In this document: positions 1 through 13,668 of the stretch, piece after piece
How the letters are laid out: every line of letters begins with the position of its first letter
Numbering within the stretch: the stretch's first letter is position 1
Source of the DNA: Isurus oxyrinchus
Lineage: Eukaryota
Assembly: GCA_026770705.1 (NCBI GenBank)
Contig: JANJGN010000039.1
Location: 10,478,001-10,542,000, forward strand
Direction: 5' to 3'
Length of the DNA: 64,000 nucleotides
Program-made: the position numbers and the translations under genes
The notes under the pieces: generated by a model
The model's input: the letters and a program-made list of their open reading frames with translations, nothing else
Databases searched by the model: none
What the model was told of the DNA's origin: nothing

Positions 1-829
1 GCCATTGCCGTGTCGGATCTCCTGGTTGTTTGTGCTGAAGTCATTCTGAAGAGTACGCTGGATATGTATATTCGTGTTTTGTTCTTGACCATGGGCACAG
101 TGTGCCATCTCTCTGTAACACTGATTATGTAGTCCCATCAGCCTCTGTGTGGTCAACAGTGGTGTTTCCCTTCAATCGTTTTGTGGCCATATGTTGTAAG
201 AAACTGCGAAAAAATATTGCACTGAAACAACAGCGGTAGCTGTCATAACAGTGGTGAGTGTTTTGAGATTTTTGATAAACATTCCATGGTACTTTGCGTA
301 TGAATCTGTGTATATAATGGACAATGTAAATCGTGGTTGCGTCCTAATAGAGACATTTTTCATTTCTGCTGAATGGGCCGCATTTGAATTTTTTAACCTT
401 ACCATAACCCCATGTGTTCCTTTCATTCCAATCTTGTTGCTAAATGTTTTGACGGTGAGACGTATTTTGGCAGACAGTAAAGTTCGCAGGGGTCTCCTCG
501 GTTGCAGTAATGGAGAACACCACAAGGACTCTGAAATTGAAATCCGAAGATAGTCCATTATTTTACTCCTCAGTATAACTGACAGCTATATATTGCCCTG
601 GACAACTCCTGTTATATATATTATCTCTCTGCATGTAGCAATCACTTCAAATTCTGACGCAAATGAGCTTAAGTCAGTTGGATTCATGCTAGGGGACCTC
701 AGTTGCTGCACAAATGCATTCATTTATGTGCTGACACAGGCTAGGTTTAGGGTGGAGCTGAAGAGCGGAATGCAGTACCTTGTGAAACTGAGCGCAAAAC
801 TATGCAATTTACACCTCAAAACCCATTGA
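1..829 (+). pseudogene. Class-A GPCR (GPR139/142-like chondrichthyan family) pseudogene, exon 2, 5'-truncated by the window edge
   Basis: Collinear with 37138-37969. Reads AIAVSDLLVVCAEVILK...(NRF)...INIPWYF...CVPFIPILLLNVLTVRRIL...SCCTNAFIYVLTQARFR. Relative to copy 2 it has a 1-nt deletion near 127, a 1-nt deletion in the A-run near 210, a premature TAG at 551-553 (AAG in copy 2) and DRF changed to NRF. Confidence 0.9.
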
Positions 830-1003
830 CCTTTACAGGCGGACATAAACATTGTGCCCTGAAACAACTCATGTTAGAATAACGCTTGTACCAACGTCTA
901 ATATCCTACTAAAACAGGTATTCAACTTAAAATGCTCTGTAAAAATATAATGAACTCTTTTTGATAGTACACACTACTCAATGGTGAATTGTAAGTTGTG
1001 ATA

Positions 1004-1040
1004 ACAATAATAATAAATAATAATAATAATAATAATAATA
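1004..1040. repeat. (AAT)n microsatellite
   Basis: aataataataaataataataat... It is much shorter at the paralogous position ~38148. Confidence 0.9.
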
Positions 1041-2424
1041 CTGAACAGCTCCTGTTAGTGTTGCAGAGTTTGAAAGGATGAATTGTGATGCCAGGTTTTT
1101 ACAGCCTTGTGTTCATTGGAACAGTTGTTCTGATCAACAAGGGAAGACCCAAGCATCAGCAGCTGGATCACGACAACTCGACAAATGCAACTTAGTCAAA
1201 CATGGCAAATTTTCTACAACGTCTATTCTGGGGCAATTGGTACATAGGGGGAATTTTCAGAACATGTTTCACGAAGTCTGGCACCCTCCAAATATTGAAC
1301 AGTTGCGCAATGAGCTGCTTCTCAGATTTCCATTTACCTCACATGATTGAAATAAGGAAGGCCTGGTCATCACGTGTTTTGGGAAAGGACGGGCAGTGGC
1401 AGAATTGATAACTCATTACCATGATCCAATGGGCTGAAAGACGACTCCATGTATTGGATTCTGAACTTTTAAATCCGATTTCCCTCCGATTCATTTGAAA
1501 GCGCAAATTGCTCATACTTGTTTTTTTCACGATTGCTGAGGCTATCTCCTCCCCACATGTTCATTCACAACACTCTCTGTTCCATGTTATCCGGTCTTTT
1601 CACACACACACACGCACCAAATGGCTGTTATCATAATTTTCGAATATTTCCATATGTATGACTTGATCCCATATGTATGACTTGATATAGCGAGTGACGC
1701 TTCAACCAGGTATCTGCACGAATTCCCAGCCAAGAAACGTCTGACTACACATGGCTCCAACATTAAATTCCTTCCCTGTATACCTACACATATTGAATGT
1801 GAAAAATTATAATGTAATTCTTCTCGTCGCATATTCTTATAATTTACTGAACTTAAATGCCGCGCATAGAATGCAACCATATACAGTCTACAGCACAGAA
1901 GCAGATCATTTGGCCCCTCTTTTCCTTATTGTCTCTCTTAAGGAAGATGCAGCCGGCAGTCACTATCCGCCTTCTCCCTGTTATGTGGGTCATTCGCTTT
2001 TCAAAGATATTAATACAATTACGTCTTGACGATTCCTAATTCACCACACTAATCACCCGGTAAAATGATTGTCCAGAAAAACTGCCAATTAAAGTGGCAT
2101 TAAATAGAAAACTACAACCACTGCCCTTGAATAAATGAACATTAAAAAGATGACAGGTTAGGTCATGGCATGAGGGGCATAGTTGTCAAGAAAAACAATT
2201 ATTGCCAATCTTCAATTGCTCTTACAGAAAACCATATGTGATCCGTCTTTTTGAGCAGCTACCGTGTTTCTGACATCTTCAAACAGGCTGCTTAGGGTCT
2301 GAATTACTAAATGCCCACACCTCCAGCTCAGCTACAACTCTTTTCTAAATCTTTGCTCTTTCTTTTAGGCACGTGCACTTTCTAAATATACATCTCGACT
2401 GCTCAGCTCCAAGTCATTTTAGTT

Positions 2425-3400
2425 CCTGAGGGAACATCAGTTCCTCAGGGTAATGTCCAAGACACAACGATGTTTAGCTCCATCAACAATGAACTTCTCT
2501 CCACCTTAAGGTTGGAAATGGGGATGTTCGCTGATGATTACGCAATGCTCAACTCAGTTCGTCACTCCTGAGATAATAAGGTAGTCCATGGCCAAATGCA
2601 GCATGTTCAGGCTTTGGCTGAGGAGAGGGAAAGGACATTGACACCATACAAGTACCAGACAATGAATATCTCCAAAAGAGAAAATCAAACCATCGACCAT
2701 CAGCATTCAATGGCATTACCATCGCCGAAAGTCGCACTAACAGCATTGTAACGCTAATCAATGACCAGAAACAGAACTGGATTGGCCATATAAACAGAAC
2801 GTCTACAATTGCAGTTCAGGGGCAAGGAATCCTGCGAGTAACACACCTCCTGACTCCCCAATTCCATTCCACCATCTACAACACAGATGATAGGATTGTG
2901 ATGATATACGCCCCACTTGATTGGGTGCGTATAGCTGCAAAGCATCCAAGATGCACGACAGCTTCTGGGATAAATCAGCTGTAGATTGACACCAACTCAA
3001 TAAAAGTTGACTCCCTCCACAACGATGAACAATAGAAGCAGTGTGTTTTAACTGAAAGGTGCACTGCCTGAATTTCCAAAGTAACCTTTGACATTACAGT
3101 CCAAACCCACGACCGGAACCATCTAGAAGAATAATGGGCAGCAGATATATGGGAACACAACGATTTGGATGTTCCCCTCCAAGCTACACACCAGCCTGTT
3201 TGAAAAGATATCCCTGTTCCATCATTGTAGTTGGGTCAAATTCCAGGATTTCCCTCCTTATGAGCATATTAGCTGTACGGTTACCTGCTGCGATTCAAGA
3301 AGGGAGCTCACCACTATATTCTCAAGGTTGCCTACGTCTGGGCAATGAATGCTGTGAGAACGATTGATGCTAAAACCCCCTTAATCAATAATAATAAATA
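2425..3400 (+). mobile_element. Non-LTR retrotransposon (CR1/L2 group) 3' fragment: RT C-terminus and tail
   Basis: Degenerate VPQG...MFADD motifs (gttcctcaggg, gatgttcgctgatga) and the tail ctcaccac..ttctcaag..gggcaat(a)aatgctg shared with copies at 9060, 21213, 39550 and 45060. Confidence 0.75.
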
Positions 3401-3409
3401 AGTATTGTC

Positions 3410-3830
3410 TCTGTGGCTGCACAGATACTGCACTTCCCAGTCTGACAGCTCTGTTGTACTGCAGCAAAATCAATGTCCTAGACAATACTTCCTGCTTCTT
3501 ATAAAGCTATGCTCTACCTATTCAGCTTCCTTACTTTTATTAATCTCTGCTTTGGGAGCAGAGCGCCTTTTACTTTCCTATCTGTGTTTTGATTATCTAG
3601 CTCCCAATATTTTTAAATCTGTCATGGGGGAGCAGTGACTTTCTAATCCGTGCTTTGAATATCTCGCTGTAGCTCCTTTTAAATATCTCCTCTGGCAGCT
3701 CAGCTCCCGCTCTTTTACCTTTCTGCCCTAGCAACTCAACTACTCCTCTTTTTTTAAATAAAAATCACTTGTTCGTGATCAGCTCCCCACTCTCTCTAAA
3801 TCTCTGCTCTAACTCTTCAACTGCAGCATT
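3410..3830. repeat. Degenerate ~37-38-bp tandem repeat (ctagcagctcagctccc..ctctt..taaatct)
   Basis: Recurring cagctc / taaatct motifs. Related units occur at 2250-2420 (the array is split by the LINE) and in the duplicate at 40520-40930. Confidence 0.55.
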
Positions 3831-4829
3831 AAAGGAATACTTTAACCTGCCCTGACTGCCAAGAGTCTAGCCGGGAATTAGAGACAGTTGGGTTTAATTA
3901 AGAATGGTCACTGGTTTGTAACACCATGCCTTAAAATAAGAATATGCTTGCACAAACTACTCGCATTTTGATATCACAACAGAGAAAATTAATGAATTAA
4001 TGAAGTGGACTTTGAGATATTAATTCACAACTAATCGCAGATAAGGCTGCTTAAGAACATTTACGCTCATTAAAAATGACAGAGACGCGAATTGTGCTAG
4101 GGGGAGGAGTCGCTTTCCAATTGCATCAAGTGCAGTAATGCACAGAAAACAGGAACTGTTTATTATCGTTTTCCAGCAGTCTGGATGATGGTAGCCGTTG
4201 GCGTTCCCAAGGAATCCGGGTTTGTTTTATTTTTGGTCGACATATACCAATTGAATCTTGGATTACAGCACAACGTCTGAAAAAAGTGTTAGTGATGCAG
4301 ACATGGTGGGAGTTAAACATGTGAGGATGATACGAACCCGTTGCAATTGGACATGGAGAGACGACCAGAATGTGCAGTGGATTAGCAGATGCAATTTAAT
4401 GTATTGCAATGAAAATAATAGAATTTGGCACAAGTGGTAGTGAGGGGAAATAGAGATGGAATGTCACTGTCCCAAAGAATGTGATAGAATGGAGGTACCA
4501 AGGTGCATGTGCTTCGATGTAAGAGTAAAGCAGACAGAGCCGTGCCTTGGGTTTGGAAAATTGTGGCGACCGGGCCTGGCACCGCACATTGAGGGCAGAT
4601 ATGGACTGCGCTGCAGTGACCTGTGAAAGGGGGTGGCCATTCCTACCTGGGTAAGTTTGAAGGAGACTGTTTAAGTGACACAAATGAGCGGCCCTATTTG
4701 TATTTAGGATTCAATGGCTAGCATGAGTAGAGACAAAGAAAATGGGAACAATATTGCTTGGATGCAAAGAAAAGACAGAAAAAATAACGAGAGAATGATA
4801 AGACCTTGAAATATTCTCCGGAAAACATC

Positions 4830-5950
4830 CGACATGTCCTGTGATTTCTGCTCTGGCTACCACGTCACAAAAGTAGTAATCCTCAGATCAATCATTTGAG
4901 GTCCTACTTTTCAACATACTTCCTAAGTCCTTGCATCCTGCTTTTAGAAGGTAATTCCGTTTTTGACCTATGTCGTTTGTAAGAACGAGTACCACGGCCA
5001 TTGTATGTTCACCCTCTCACTTCAGGATGGTTTTTAGCCGCTCTGAGGCATCCTTCACCCCAGCATCAGGGAGGCTAGATACCAACCTAGAGCCTCGTTT
5101 GCAACCACATAAACGTCTATCTATTTCCCTTACAATTGAATCACCTTTTACAAGTGCATCCCTACAATTTTTACTCATCCCCTGTGCAACAAAACCAACC
5201 GTGGGGCAACGAATTTGGCTGCTGCTGCTTTCTCCTGAGAGGCCACTACCTCCACATGTTTCCATAGCAGCATATCTGTTTTGCAGTCGAATCGCCACAG
5301 GAGATTCCTGCACTCTCTGTCTAGTCTTCTTGCAATGACTGGTGGTTACCCCTTCCCTTCCTGTGTGAGGACTCTAAGCCTGTGGTGTGACCACGTGCCA
5401 TTCAAGATACTCTGCGCCTCATGAATGCAACACAGGGTCCCTACACGCCGCTCCAGCTCCGAAACCCGGGCTTCTAATATATGCAGCTGGCGACACTTTG
5501 TGCACACATGCTGGGCCCGGGCTTTGGAAGTGTTGCAGGCTTCCCACAGAGAGCAGGAGGAACACACCATGGCTTTGAGCCCTCCTGCCAGGCTTACCCA
5601 CTTAATTTAAATGAAACCTTTAGGAATATATTTAATATCACATAATATCAATTAATCTAAGGCTCCTCGTTGTTACAGAATACAACCCTGACAAACAATG
5701 AACCACAAAATGAAACTTCAATAAGTATATGCAATAAAAGTAGCAAATCGTTGCCTTATTGTACTCACAGGAAGATCTCGTTCCCTCGTCACTGAAATCC
5801 ATTAGTCGCTCCTGCTCTCCCAACTCTTTTGCAACCCACCACTCCTCCCGGCTTCTCTTCAACTCCAGACTCCTGTCACGCATCTCATCAACTCCCAGCA
5901 CCTCTCGCGCTTCTTTTGAACTCCCGAATACCGCCGCGCTTCTCTGTTCT
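4830..5950 (-). mobile_element. CR1 LINE 5' part (ORF1 zinc-finger/coiled-coil plus SGNH esterase-like region)
   Basis: ORF translations MVCSSCSLWE...HVCTKCRQLHILEARVSELERRV and ALVKGDSIVREIDRRLCG...LPDAGVKDASERL are typical of vertebrate CR1 ORF1. Confidence 0.85.
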
Positions 5951-8039
5951 TAGTTCAGCCCTTGGTTAAACACTTTTTTAGTAGTGGAGCATGCACACAA
6001 ACCATATTTAACACAAAAACATCAGCTTTCAAACCACTTTTTAAAATCAGCTTCTCTGGATGAGCCAGACTGCGACAGTGAAATTAGTTCCGAAATGATT
6101 TTGCAATTAATCAGGTGGATTTTGACTGATTATGCTTAACATCCCCCTCAGATCTGCCTCCACGTCTAATCGACCATCTCTCCCAAATGTGATCTTTCAT
6201 GAATTCATCTGCTGGCTGGATAATTGAGAATTTGTAGGCGCAGAATAACTGACAGCAATTTAGTTCAAAATATATTCAAATTTCTTCAATTAAAAGTTTG
6301 AAAATCTTTGACATTCTCAACCGCAGAGAGCTGCTGATGCTCGGACTTTGAGTTTTTACAATAAAAAAGTCAAAGATGTTTTTGGTACAAAGTGGATTAA
6401 ACGTGTTGGGATTTTTTTTACAAGTGGAGCGAATTTAAAAGATCAGGCATGTTGAATGTAAGTGGGAAAGTAAGCTCCAAGGCACAAGTAGCCTTCGCAG
6501 CTCCTACAATTGAAGTTCATATGACCACATGTCTGCAGTGCGTTTCGGCCTTTAACCTTTTCTCTCTTTCTACCTCATTCTATCAAAGACTGTCGTTCTC
6601 GACATGAAGCTGTCTGGACTGTGTAGTGACACGGAAAATCGTGACAGGCAAGAGCAGAGTTGAAGTAGTCAGGATATTATTGATGGAGAAATGGTAATAG
6701 GGAAGCAGCAGGGAGATGGAACAGGTGGGGTATTTTCAACTTGTCAGGCTGGAACTTTGGATGCGGCAGAGGGATTACGGCTTGCGACTCTGCCATTCGC
6801 AACTGGTATTAACGATCAGCTGATGGAGACTAATGTATTTACATCTGGAAAGCGTCAACAGACGAAAAGAAATGTCAACTATAAGGAGAAAAGAAATAGA
6901 CTCCAATTAGATACGGACATTTTAAATAAAGGGTGAAACAAGGAGTCAGATGCTGTCTGATACTAAAAAGTAAAATTTTTACATGTTCACAATAAAGTCA
7001 GTAAACAGATGAATGTTCAAGTTTTGAAACGCTTGAATATAGAAATGCACAGGGGCTTTGGTTTACCCAAACAGGAACAAGGAACGAGGACGCTTGCATG
7101 AAACAGCGCGAAACTAAATTGAAAGCCAATTGCCTGTCGTCAGTAAAATGACAATAAAGGAGAAGATGATGCAAATAAAATATATCTATTCCTCTATCTG
7201 ACCTTCTTTTGTCTTTTTGTTGGTAAAAATCTTCCTTTTGCTTTTAACCTCTGCCGCAGACCCACTTCAACACCTCACCCAATTCCAATCCTGAACTCGT
7301 TTTGTTACTGGGTTATGCATCTGTCGCTGATTATTGAACGTAAATGGATAATCAAAACACTGGAAAATCGCGGCAAGGGTTAGCCATTTAGCAGTAAGAT
7401 GTGAACAAATTTCTTCACTGAAAAGCGTTGGGAATCTGTGGAATTTTCTCCACAGAAAGCAGCAGGTTGCTCGGTCTTTGAATATAATCAGAAATCTTTT
7501 GATCAAATATGTTGATGCTGGTGGAATGAAAGTTTACATGGAGAGTTCAACGTTTGGCAAAAAATGACGATATACAAGTAAATTGAACGGGGCTTCAAAC
7601 TATGTTAACAAAATAACCTAATTCTGCATCATTAGCACATGCCCTGATGAGTACATGAGTTCAATGTGTTTCGCTCTGGTCATCTTCTCTGCTTCCCCTC
7701 CCCCTCGACCCAACCTTAATTTCCACAGCCTGTCTTTGTAACTGAAGCGCTGTCGTCAGTTTCTAAATGTTCCTTCAGCATTAAAATAATTGGCAGCAAA
7801 CGGTTCTTGCTACAAACCGTATTTCCATCTGGCAAACAGGCTGCTCGACGAAGGGAGGAACACAGACCGTTTAAGTAGCGCTATGTGCGTTCTACAGCCC
7901 AACTAACATTGGAGAAAATTGGAGCAAAATATGTGTGCAAAGTCATGAAATGTTTAAATGCCTCGCGTTCGGAAAGGGTCCAGTTGTAATTTCAAGCATT
8001 ATGAGCCAGATTTAGAAATATGAATGCAATAATAATATT

Positions 8040-9050
8040 AATATGTATAAAAATAATTATTACAAGTTCTACGAATAGATTGGAGAACTTGATATTAGTG
8101 ATTATGGTTGATTTAATTAATAATATGTTGGAACAAGTTTATTTGACGAAAGCCCACATGGCTGATTGTTTACAATATATGGAAGCCCATGTGTTCCAGG
8201 ACAATGTAAAAAGCTAGATATGAAACTAATTCATTGAAAACAAAGAATAATTAATGACGGGTGCTTTTGTGACTCGAGAGCTGTTCCCATTGAGCTTCAT
8301 CTGGACTTCTCAGTTGTAACTCTGCTTTGTATGGCGTTTATTAATGGTTTTAGTTACAAATGTCGCGGGACTGAGAAAGAAGTTGTAGGCCTCAAAAAAA
8401 TTGACCGAGCGTTTGATAACGAGAAGGAATTCTGTAGATTGCAGCAAGGTATTCACGGACTGGTCAGGTGGACAGAAACGTTTCAAGTGGAATTCAACCC
8501 ACAGAACTGTGAGGCGATGCATTTAATAAGGCCAAACAAAGGAAATTATTGCGCAATAAATGGAATGATAATAAGAGGTCTTGAGGATTCTGGATCTTGA
8601 AGGGATAGCCCACTTATGCCTGAAGGCAGGAGGAAAAGTTGGTGAGGCGGCTGAGAAGCTATCTGGAATGCTTCCATGTTTTTTAACCGAGACACATAAT
8701 ATAAGTACGGAGGTTATGCTGGAACTATATAAAACATTACTTGGAAGTAAACCTTAATGCTGTGCGCAGGCCAGGTCGCCATATTACAGAAAGGATGCAA
8801 TTGCATTAAAGAGGGTAGAGAAAATATTTCTAAGGATGTTGCTAGGACAGGAAAATTAAAGCTTTGAGGAAAGATTGAATCGGCTAGGGCTTCATCTCCT
8901 GGAAACTGAGGAGACTTGGTGAGATTTAATTGAGATGTACAAAACTGTGTGGAGCCAGGATAGAATGCGTGCAACCGTCTATTTGTACGAACAGAGAGGT
9001 CAGTGACGAGCGGACATATACTTACGATGTTTGTTCAAAGAGTAGAGGGG
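8040..9050 (+). mobile_element. CR1 LINE RT fragment (resumes at ~10610-10850 after a nested LINE insertion)
   Basis: RLQQGIHGLVRWTETFQVEFNPQNCEAMHL, followed by degenerate CR1 C-terminal sequence. Confidence 0.75.
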
Positions 9051-9059
9051 GACATTCCT

Positions 9060-10600
9060 CTGCCAATTCGATTCATTCCACGTGATATCACGAAATGACT
9101 GAAGGCAGAGGATACACAAGGACAATGGGTCTTAACAATATTCCAGCAATATCACTGAGGACCTGTGTTACAGTACTTGTCGCACCCATTGCTAAGCCCT
9201 TCCAGTACAGCGGCAAAACTGGCATATACCTGGAAACATGGGCAATTGCTCAGGTACGTTCTGTCGTAAAAAAAACCGGGCAAATCCAACCCAGCCAATT
9301 GTTGTACCACCAGTTTGCTTTCCACATGAAGTGGTGATAGAAGGCGTTATGAATATATAATGAAGCAGCGTTTAATTAGCAATAACATATTCGCTGATGT
9401 ATTTTTTTCTGCCCGGATCGCTCAGCCCTTGAGCACAATACAGCCTTAGTCAAAGAATAGATACTGATTAATATTCAGAGACGAAGTAAGAATTGCTGCC
9501 TCTAGCATCAAGGCAGCATTTGACAGAGTGTGACATCATGACGCCCGAGAATATTTGGAGTCAATACTAAAGAGGGAAAAATTCCCGGTCGTTTAATTCG
9601 TACCTAGCTCAAAGCAAGATATTTGTGGTTTCTGGAGGTCAATGGTCCCAGCCCGAGTGCATCACTGCATAAGTTCCATATTGTTGTGTCCTTGGCCAGC
9701 CATCTCAGCTGCATCATCAATGTCCTTATTTCCATCATAAGGTTACAAGTGGAGATGTTCACTGCACAATGTTTAGTGCCATTCGTGAGTCCTCAGACAC
9801 TGAAGCAATCCAGATACAAATATGCCATCACTTGCACAATATGCAAGCTTTGGCTTTCAAGTGGCAAGTAGAATTCACCGCACACAGTTGACAGGCAATG
9901 TCCCGAATCTAACAATGCCTTTGACATTGAATGGCACTGCCATCGCTGAAGTCCCCACATTCAACAGCGTGGAATTTATCATTGATCAGTGACTGAATTG
10001 GCTGCCATATCAATACCTCGGCTTCAATTACCGGCCAGAGGCTAATACTACTCCGGCCAACAGCTCCCAGATCCTTGTCCACAATCTTGAGTGCACACGA
10101 GAGGTTTCTTATGGAATGCGTTGAACTTGCCTGGAGATGGGCAGCTCCAACACGGAAGAAGCTTGAAACCATCCAGGACAAAACATTGATTGGCACTATA
10201 TTCACATATACACTCTCCCTCCAACACTGACTCATAGTTACAGAGCTGAGTACTATTGACAAGATGGATCCAAGAAGGCGCAAGACCCTTAGACAGCCAC
10301 AAAAAAATCCACAACTGCTAGCATTTAGACGGACAAGAAAAGCAGATGCACGGGAAAACCACCGCCTGTGAGTTCCCCTTCAATCCACACATCATCATGA
10401 ATTTAAAACATGTCACCTTCCATTTGCTGCAGCTGGCGCAGGAGCTGGGCGTCTCCCAGAACAGCATTGTGGGTTTACACACATCACAAGGTATGTAGCC
10501 GTTCATGAGGGCAGCTCACCAGGCACCATGTCAAGTGCATTTATGGGTCGGCAAAAGCTTGATAACTTGGCCAGCGACGCCCAGGTAAGAGGATTGCTTT
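9060..10600 (+). mobile_element. Non-LTR retrotransposon (CR1/L2 group) RT fragment nested in CR1
   Basis: gcatcaaggcagcatttgacagagtgtg (IKAAFDRV), the segment LFQYS..TGIY..WAIAQV, and the same 3' tail as 2425-3400. Confidence 0.8.
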
Positions 10601-11759
10601 AAAAAAAAGGCATGTTTTCTTCTTACCCAGAGGTATGTGGGTGCCTTGAACTTACTGCCCGGAAAGGCAGCAGAGGAACAAAACCCACAACCCAATTAAT
10701 GTATTGATATACACCTCAAGTGCTGTAAACAGCAGGGCTACAGATTGAGTTTGAAATTGGGATGAAGCGGGACGTTTCATTTTCGGCCGGTGCAGACGCC
10801 GTGTTGTAATTTTCGACAATTCTACGAAAAGGTTTATGATGGGCTCCATTAAATGCAACATATGACGTTCAATTATTACATGTGGATGATCAGAGAGGGA
10901 GCACAGCAGTATGAAATACTAAAAAGATGATCAAAACAATGGAGGAGAAGTAATACATGGAGAACAGATTCAGCAACACAGAACTACCAGTGCAGAAGCA
11001 TATTTGAAACTAAAAACACTGTCAAGCAAAAAGGCTTTTGAGCGTAAATGAGTATGTGCTAAAAAGCTGAACCATAGAGAACAGAATCGAAGACATTTTT
11101 TCAAGCAAATTAGGATTAATAACCATAATGAGTGTAAAATTATATTTAAAAAGGAGCAAGCTATTTCACGAGAACTTAGAAGGAAGGCTGGTCTCTACGA
11201 GATTGGATAGCCTAGAATTCAGGGCTTAAGGCAAAACTCAACAGTAAGTACAATGACAGGAAAAGCAGGAATGATAAAATGAAAGAAATAATTATGCTCG
11301 GGAATGGGTCGAAATGGAAGGAAAAATAAAGTACACAATTAAATTATGAGCGAATATATAAAATGAAGTTAAAATGCTCTACAGACAAATAAAAGTTAAA
11401 CCAGATGCAGGAGCTGGAAAATAAAGTTACATTTGAAAAATCTTACTGCAAATGATAAAGTTACACTCCGTCTAGCGGTATTTCACTCTCTCTTTCTCTC
11501 CCCCCACCTCCCTCCTCAACAAAGGTCTACCGTCTTATGACAAGATTATTGTCGTCTCATTTCGTCCGAAGGCAAACACGATCTCACAATCCCAACAAGC
11601 ATGCTGAACATGTTCAATGTCACTAACTCAGCATTTATAACCCCAGGTGTCACATGAGCCTCTCTGTGGTTTCTATTCCTGCTTGTGTTTGTCGCTAAAC
11701 AAGGTGAAAACGTATTGGTGATTCCAGGTTTTGCAGCAGATTTCCCTCCCCATCACATA

Positions 11760-12500
11760 ACACATGCGAACATATGAAGATACGAATTAGGAACAGTAGT
11801 CCACTCGGCCCCTCGTGACTTCTTCACAATTGATAATATAATGACTGACCTGACCATATCTTCATCTCTAAATTCCCTCCTACCATTGATAAAATTTCAA
11901 CCATCTTGCCTCCCAGCAATTTATCTTGTTCTGCCTTAAAATATTACTGAGAAGTTCTGCTTCCACTGGCCTTTAAGGAAGAAAACTCGAATGGTGCGTG
12001 TTTCTTTCAGTGAATAAAAAAGCCTCCTTATTTCTATCTTACGGGATTGCCCCGTCATTTTCCTTTTATGTGAAAGGAGTGGAGAAAAAATGTTACATTT
12101 ATGATTAAGGCATCTACAACGTTCCCATTTACTTCCTTTCACACCCTAGGATTAAAACTTCTGCTCTTTGAGATTTTCCCCTCCCATGTGTCTATAATTT
12201 GTCTATTAATATTATTGTTGTTCACATTAACTTTGTTGAATCCCTGCACTTGATTCAGGAATAGTTTCCATGGGATCTCTGACAGGCTGATCTATTCCTC
12301 AACTTCAATAACTGAAACATGGTTACCATTCAGCGTGTCCGCTACCTGATTAGTTTCATTGACAGGAAGATCATTCTCAGTTTTGAACTGACCAACGCTG
12401 CTTACGCCAACCGTGCTTTTCCTAATATAACTGTAACATATTTACGTGCTGATTCGAATATCACAAGCAGCTTTCGTACCACACTCCATCCTTGTGTATG
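11760..12500 (-). mobile_element. CR1 LINE fragments
   Basis: The minus strand reads YSYIRKSTVGVSSVGQFKTE...ADTLN...FNPRV*KEV (CR1 ORF2 linker), adjoining a CR1 3'-end-like sequence. Confidence 0.6.
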
Positions 12501-13187
12501 TTCTCCTCAGTTTGACTTTAGGTGAAGAGCTACTGAGGCGTAGGCATAGGGTGTGTGTAAGGGTGATGGGGACAATAACTTTGATGCAGCAGATGGTAAT
12601 GATTGGGAATTTGCTGCTTTTAAATGTAGAAGCAGATATAGTCATGATATCAAATAAACATTGTTTGGTGGAAATTAACATGCAGGACATGGGAATAGGG
12701 CGGAGGATGGGGCTACATCTATTGCCCAGGAACTTGCATTGATGGAAAAGCCGTTTGTCTTCTTTCTCTGTCCTAGAGACTCTACAATGTGTCTCACATC
12801 GAGTAACACGCTTTTAGTTCCTCGAGGAGAAACTCTGCGAACATCCCTCCTTCGCCCCCTGCAATCCTTTCCTCCTGATCGTTCTGTTTCATGTTCTCCT
12901 GCACAGCCCACAACAGAAAGGTGGCCTCGGTCCTCCTGCAGAGCCCTGGACTAAAGAACTGCAACACTGCCGTCAGCGCCTTCACTCTTCCACATTGCTC
13001 CTTTTCCTTTTACAGACAATCCATACAAGGAAACTCAGATTCAGCCTCCTGACAATAAGTGCAGCTGCGGTTTCAGCTACACTGCACCACTTAAATACAC
13101 CTCAAGGCACCCTCGACGACGTTCAGCAAGCGACCACCGAGTGGAGCTCTGGCCTGAAGTCTTCACTCAGGTAAATGAGATGCAGCA

Positions 13188-13198
13188 GGAAGTGAAAC
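13188..13198. promoter_or_regulatory. Ets-IRF composite element (EICE)-like motif GGAAGTGAAAC
   Basis: Matches the GGAAnnGAAA consensus bound by PU.1/IRF4/IRF8. A minus-strand TATTTAA lies at 13091-13097. Function untested. Confidence 0.35.
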
Positions 13199-13566
13199 GC
13201 CTTCTGCCCCAATAAGTTCAGTGAGTGATGTCACTACCCGATTGTGTGTGAATATGAAAGCAGCACACTCTCGGAGATTAGAATAAGGACACTTCAACTC
13301 CAGCATCCTGATACCAACTCTCAGCAAATCCACTAAAAATAATGCAAAATCTCATCTTGCGGATCGTTTTAATGCTCATTCAGCCCAGTGCCATTGCTGG
13401 AGCGATGTCCCCATTGACTCACAGAGATATATGCTTCCACATTTCTCCGATGACTCAGCAGCCAGTACTCTTAAAGAGTGATTTTTTAAAAAAATATTCA
13501 TAATTGAAAATCATGTTTTCATCTGCTGAATTAAGATGACTGTGCGTGAGGCTGGAAGATTTAATA

Positions 13567-13668
13567 TTAAACAGTGGAGGCCTCTTCTTTCCGACTGAGG
13601 GCTTCCAGGTTCAACGATATATAGTCTATCTCCTCATTGTCATTCGCTAGCACTTCAGAATAGAGTCT
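13567..13668 (-). CDS. Duplicated ITIM-containing exon, possible alternative terminal exon (RLYSEVLANDNEEIDYISLNLEALSRKEEASTV*)
   Basis: Near copy of exon 15033-14908 including its acceptor (cattcatcacag). Phase 0, ends in TAA. Confidence 0.5.
   Translation of the reverse strand, partial: RLYSEVLANDNEEIDYISLNLEALSRKEEASTV

Larger units (their letters stand above)
1..4825 (+). repeat. Segmental/tandem duplication copy A (paralogous to ~37138-41975)
   Basis: Continuous recognisable alignment over the GPCR exon, 3' flank, embedded LINE and CR1 fragments, e.g. 829 acccattgacctttacagg = 37969, and 4800 agaccttgaaatattctcc ~ 41955 agaccctcaaatgttctcc. Confidence 0.9.

Noticed and set aside
172-558. 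128-aa minus-strand ORF
   Set aside because: Antisense shadow of the GPCR pseudogene.
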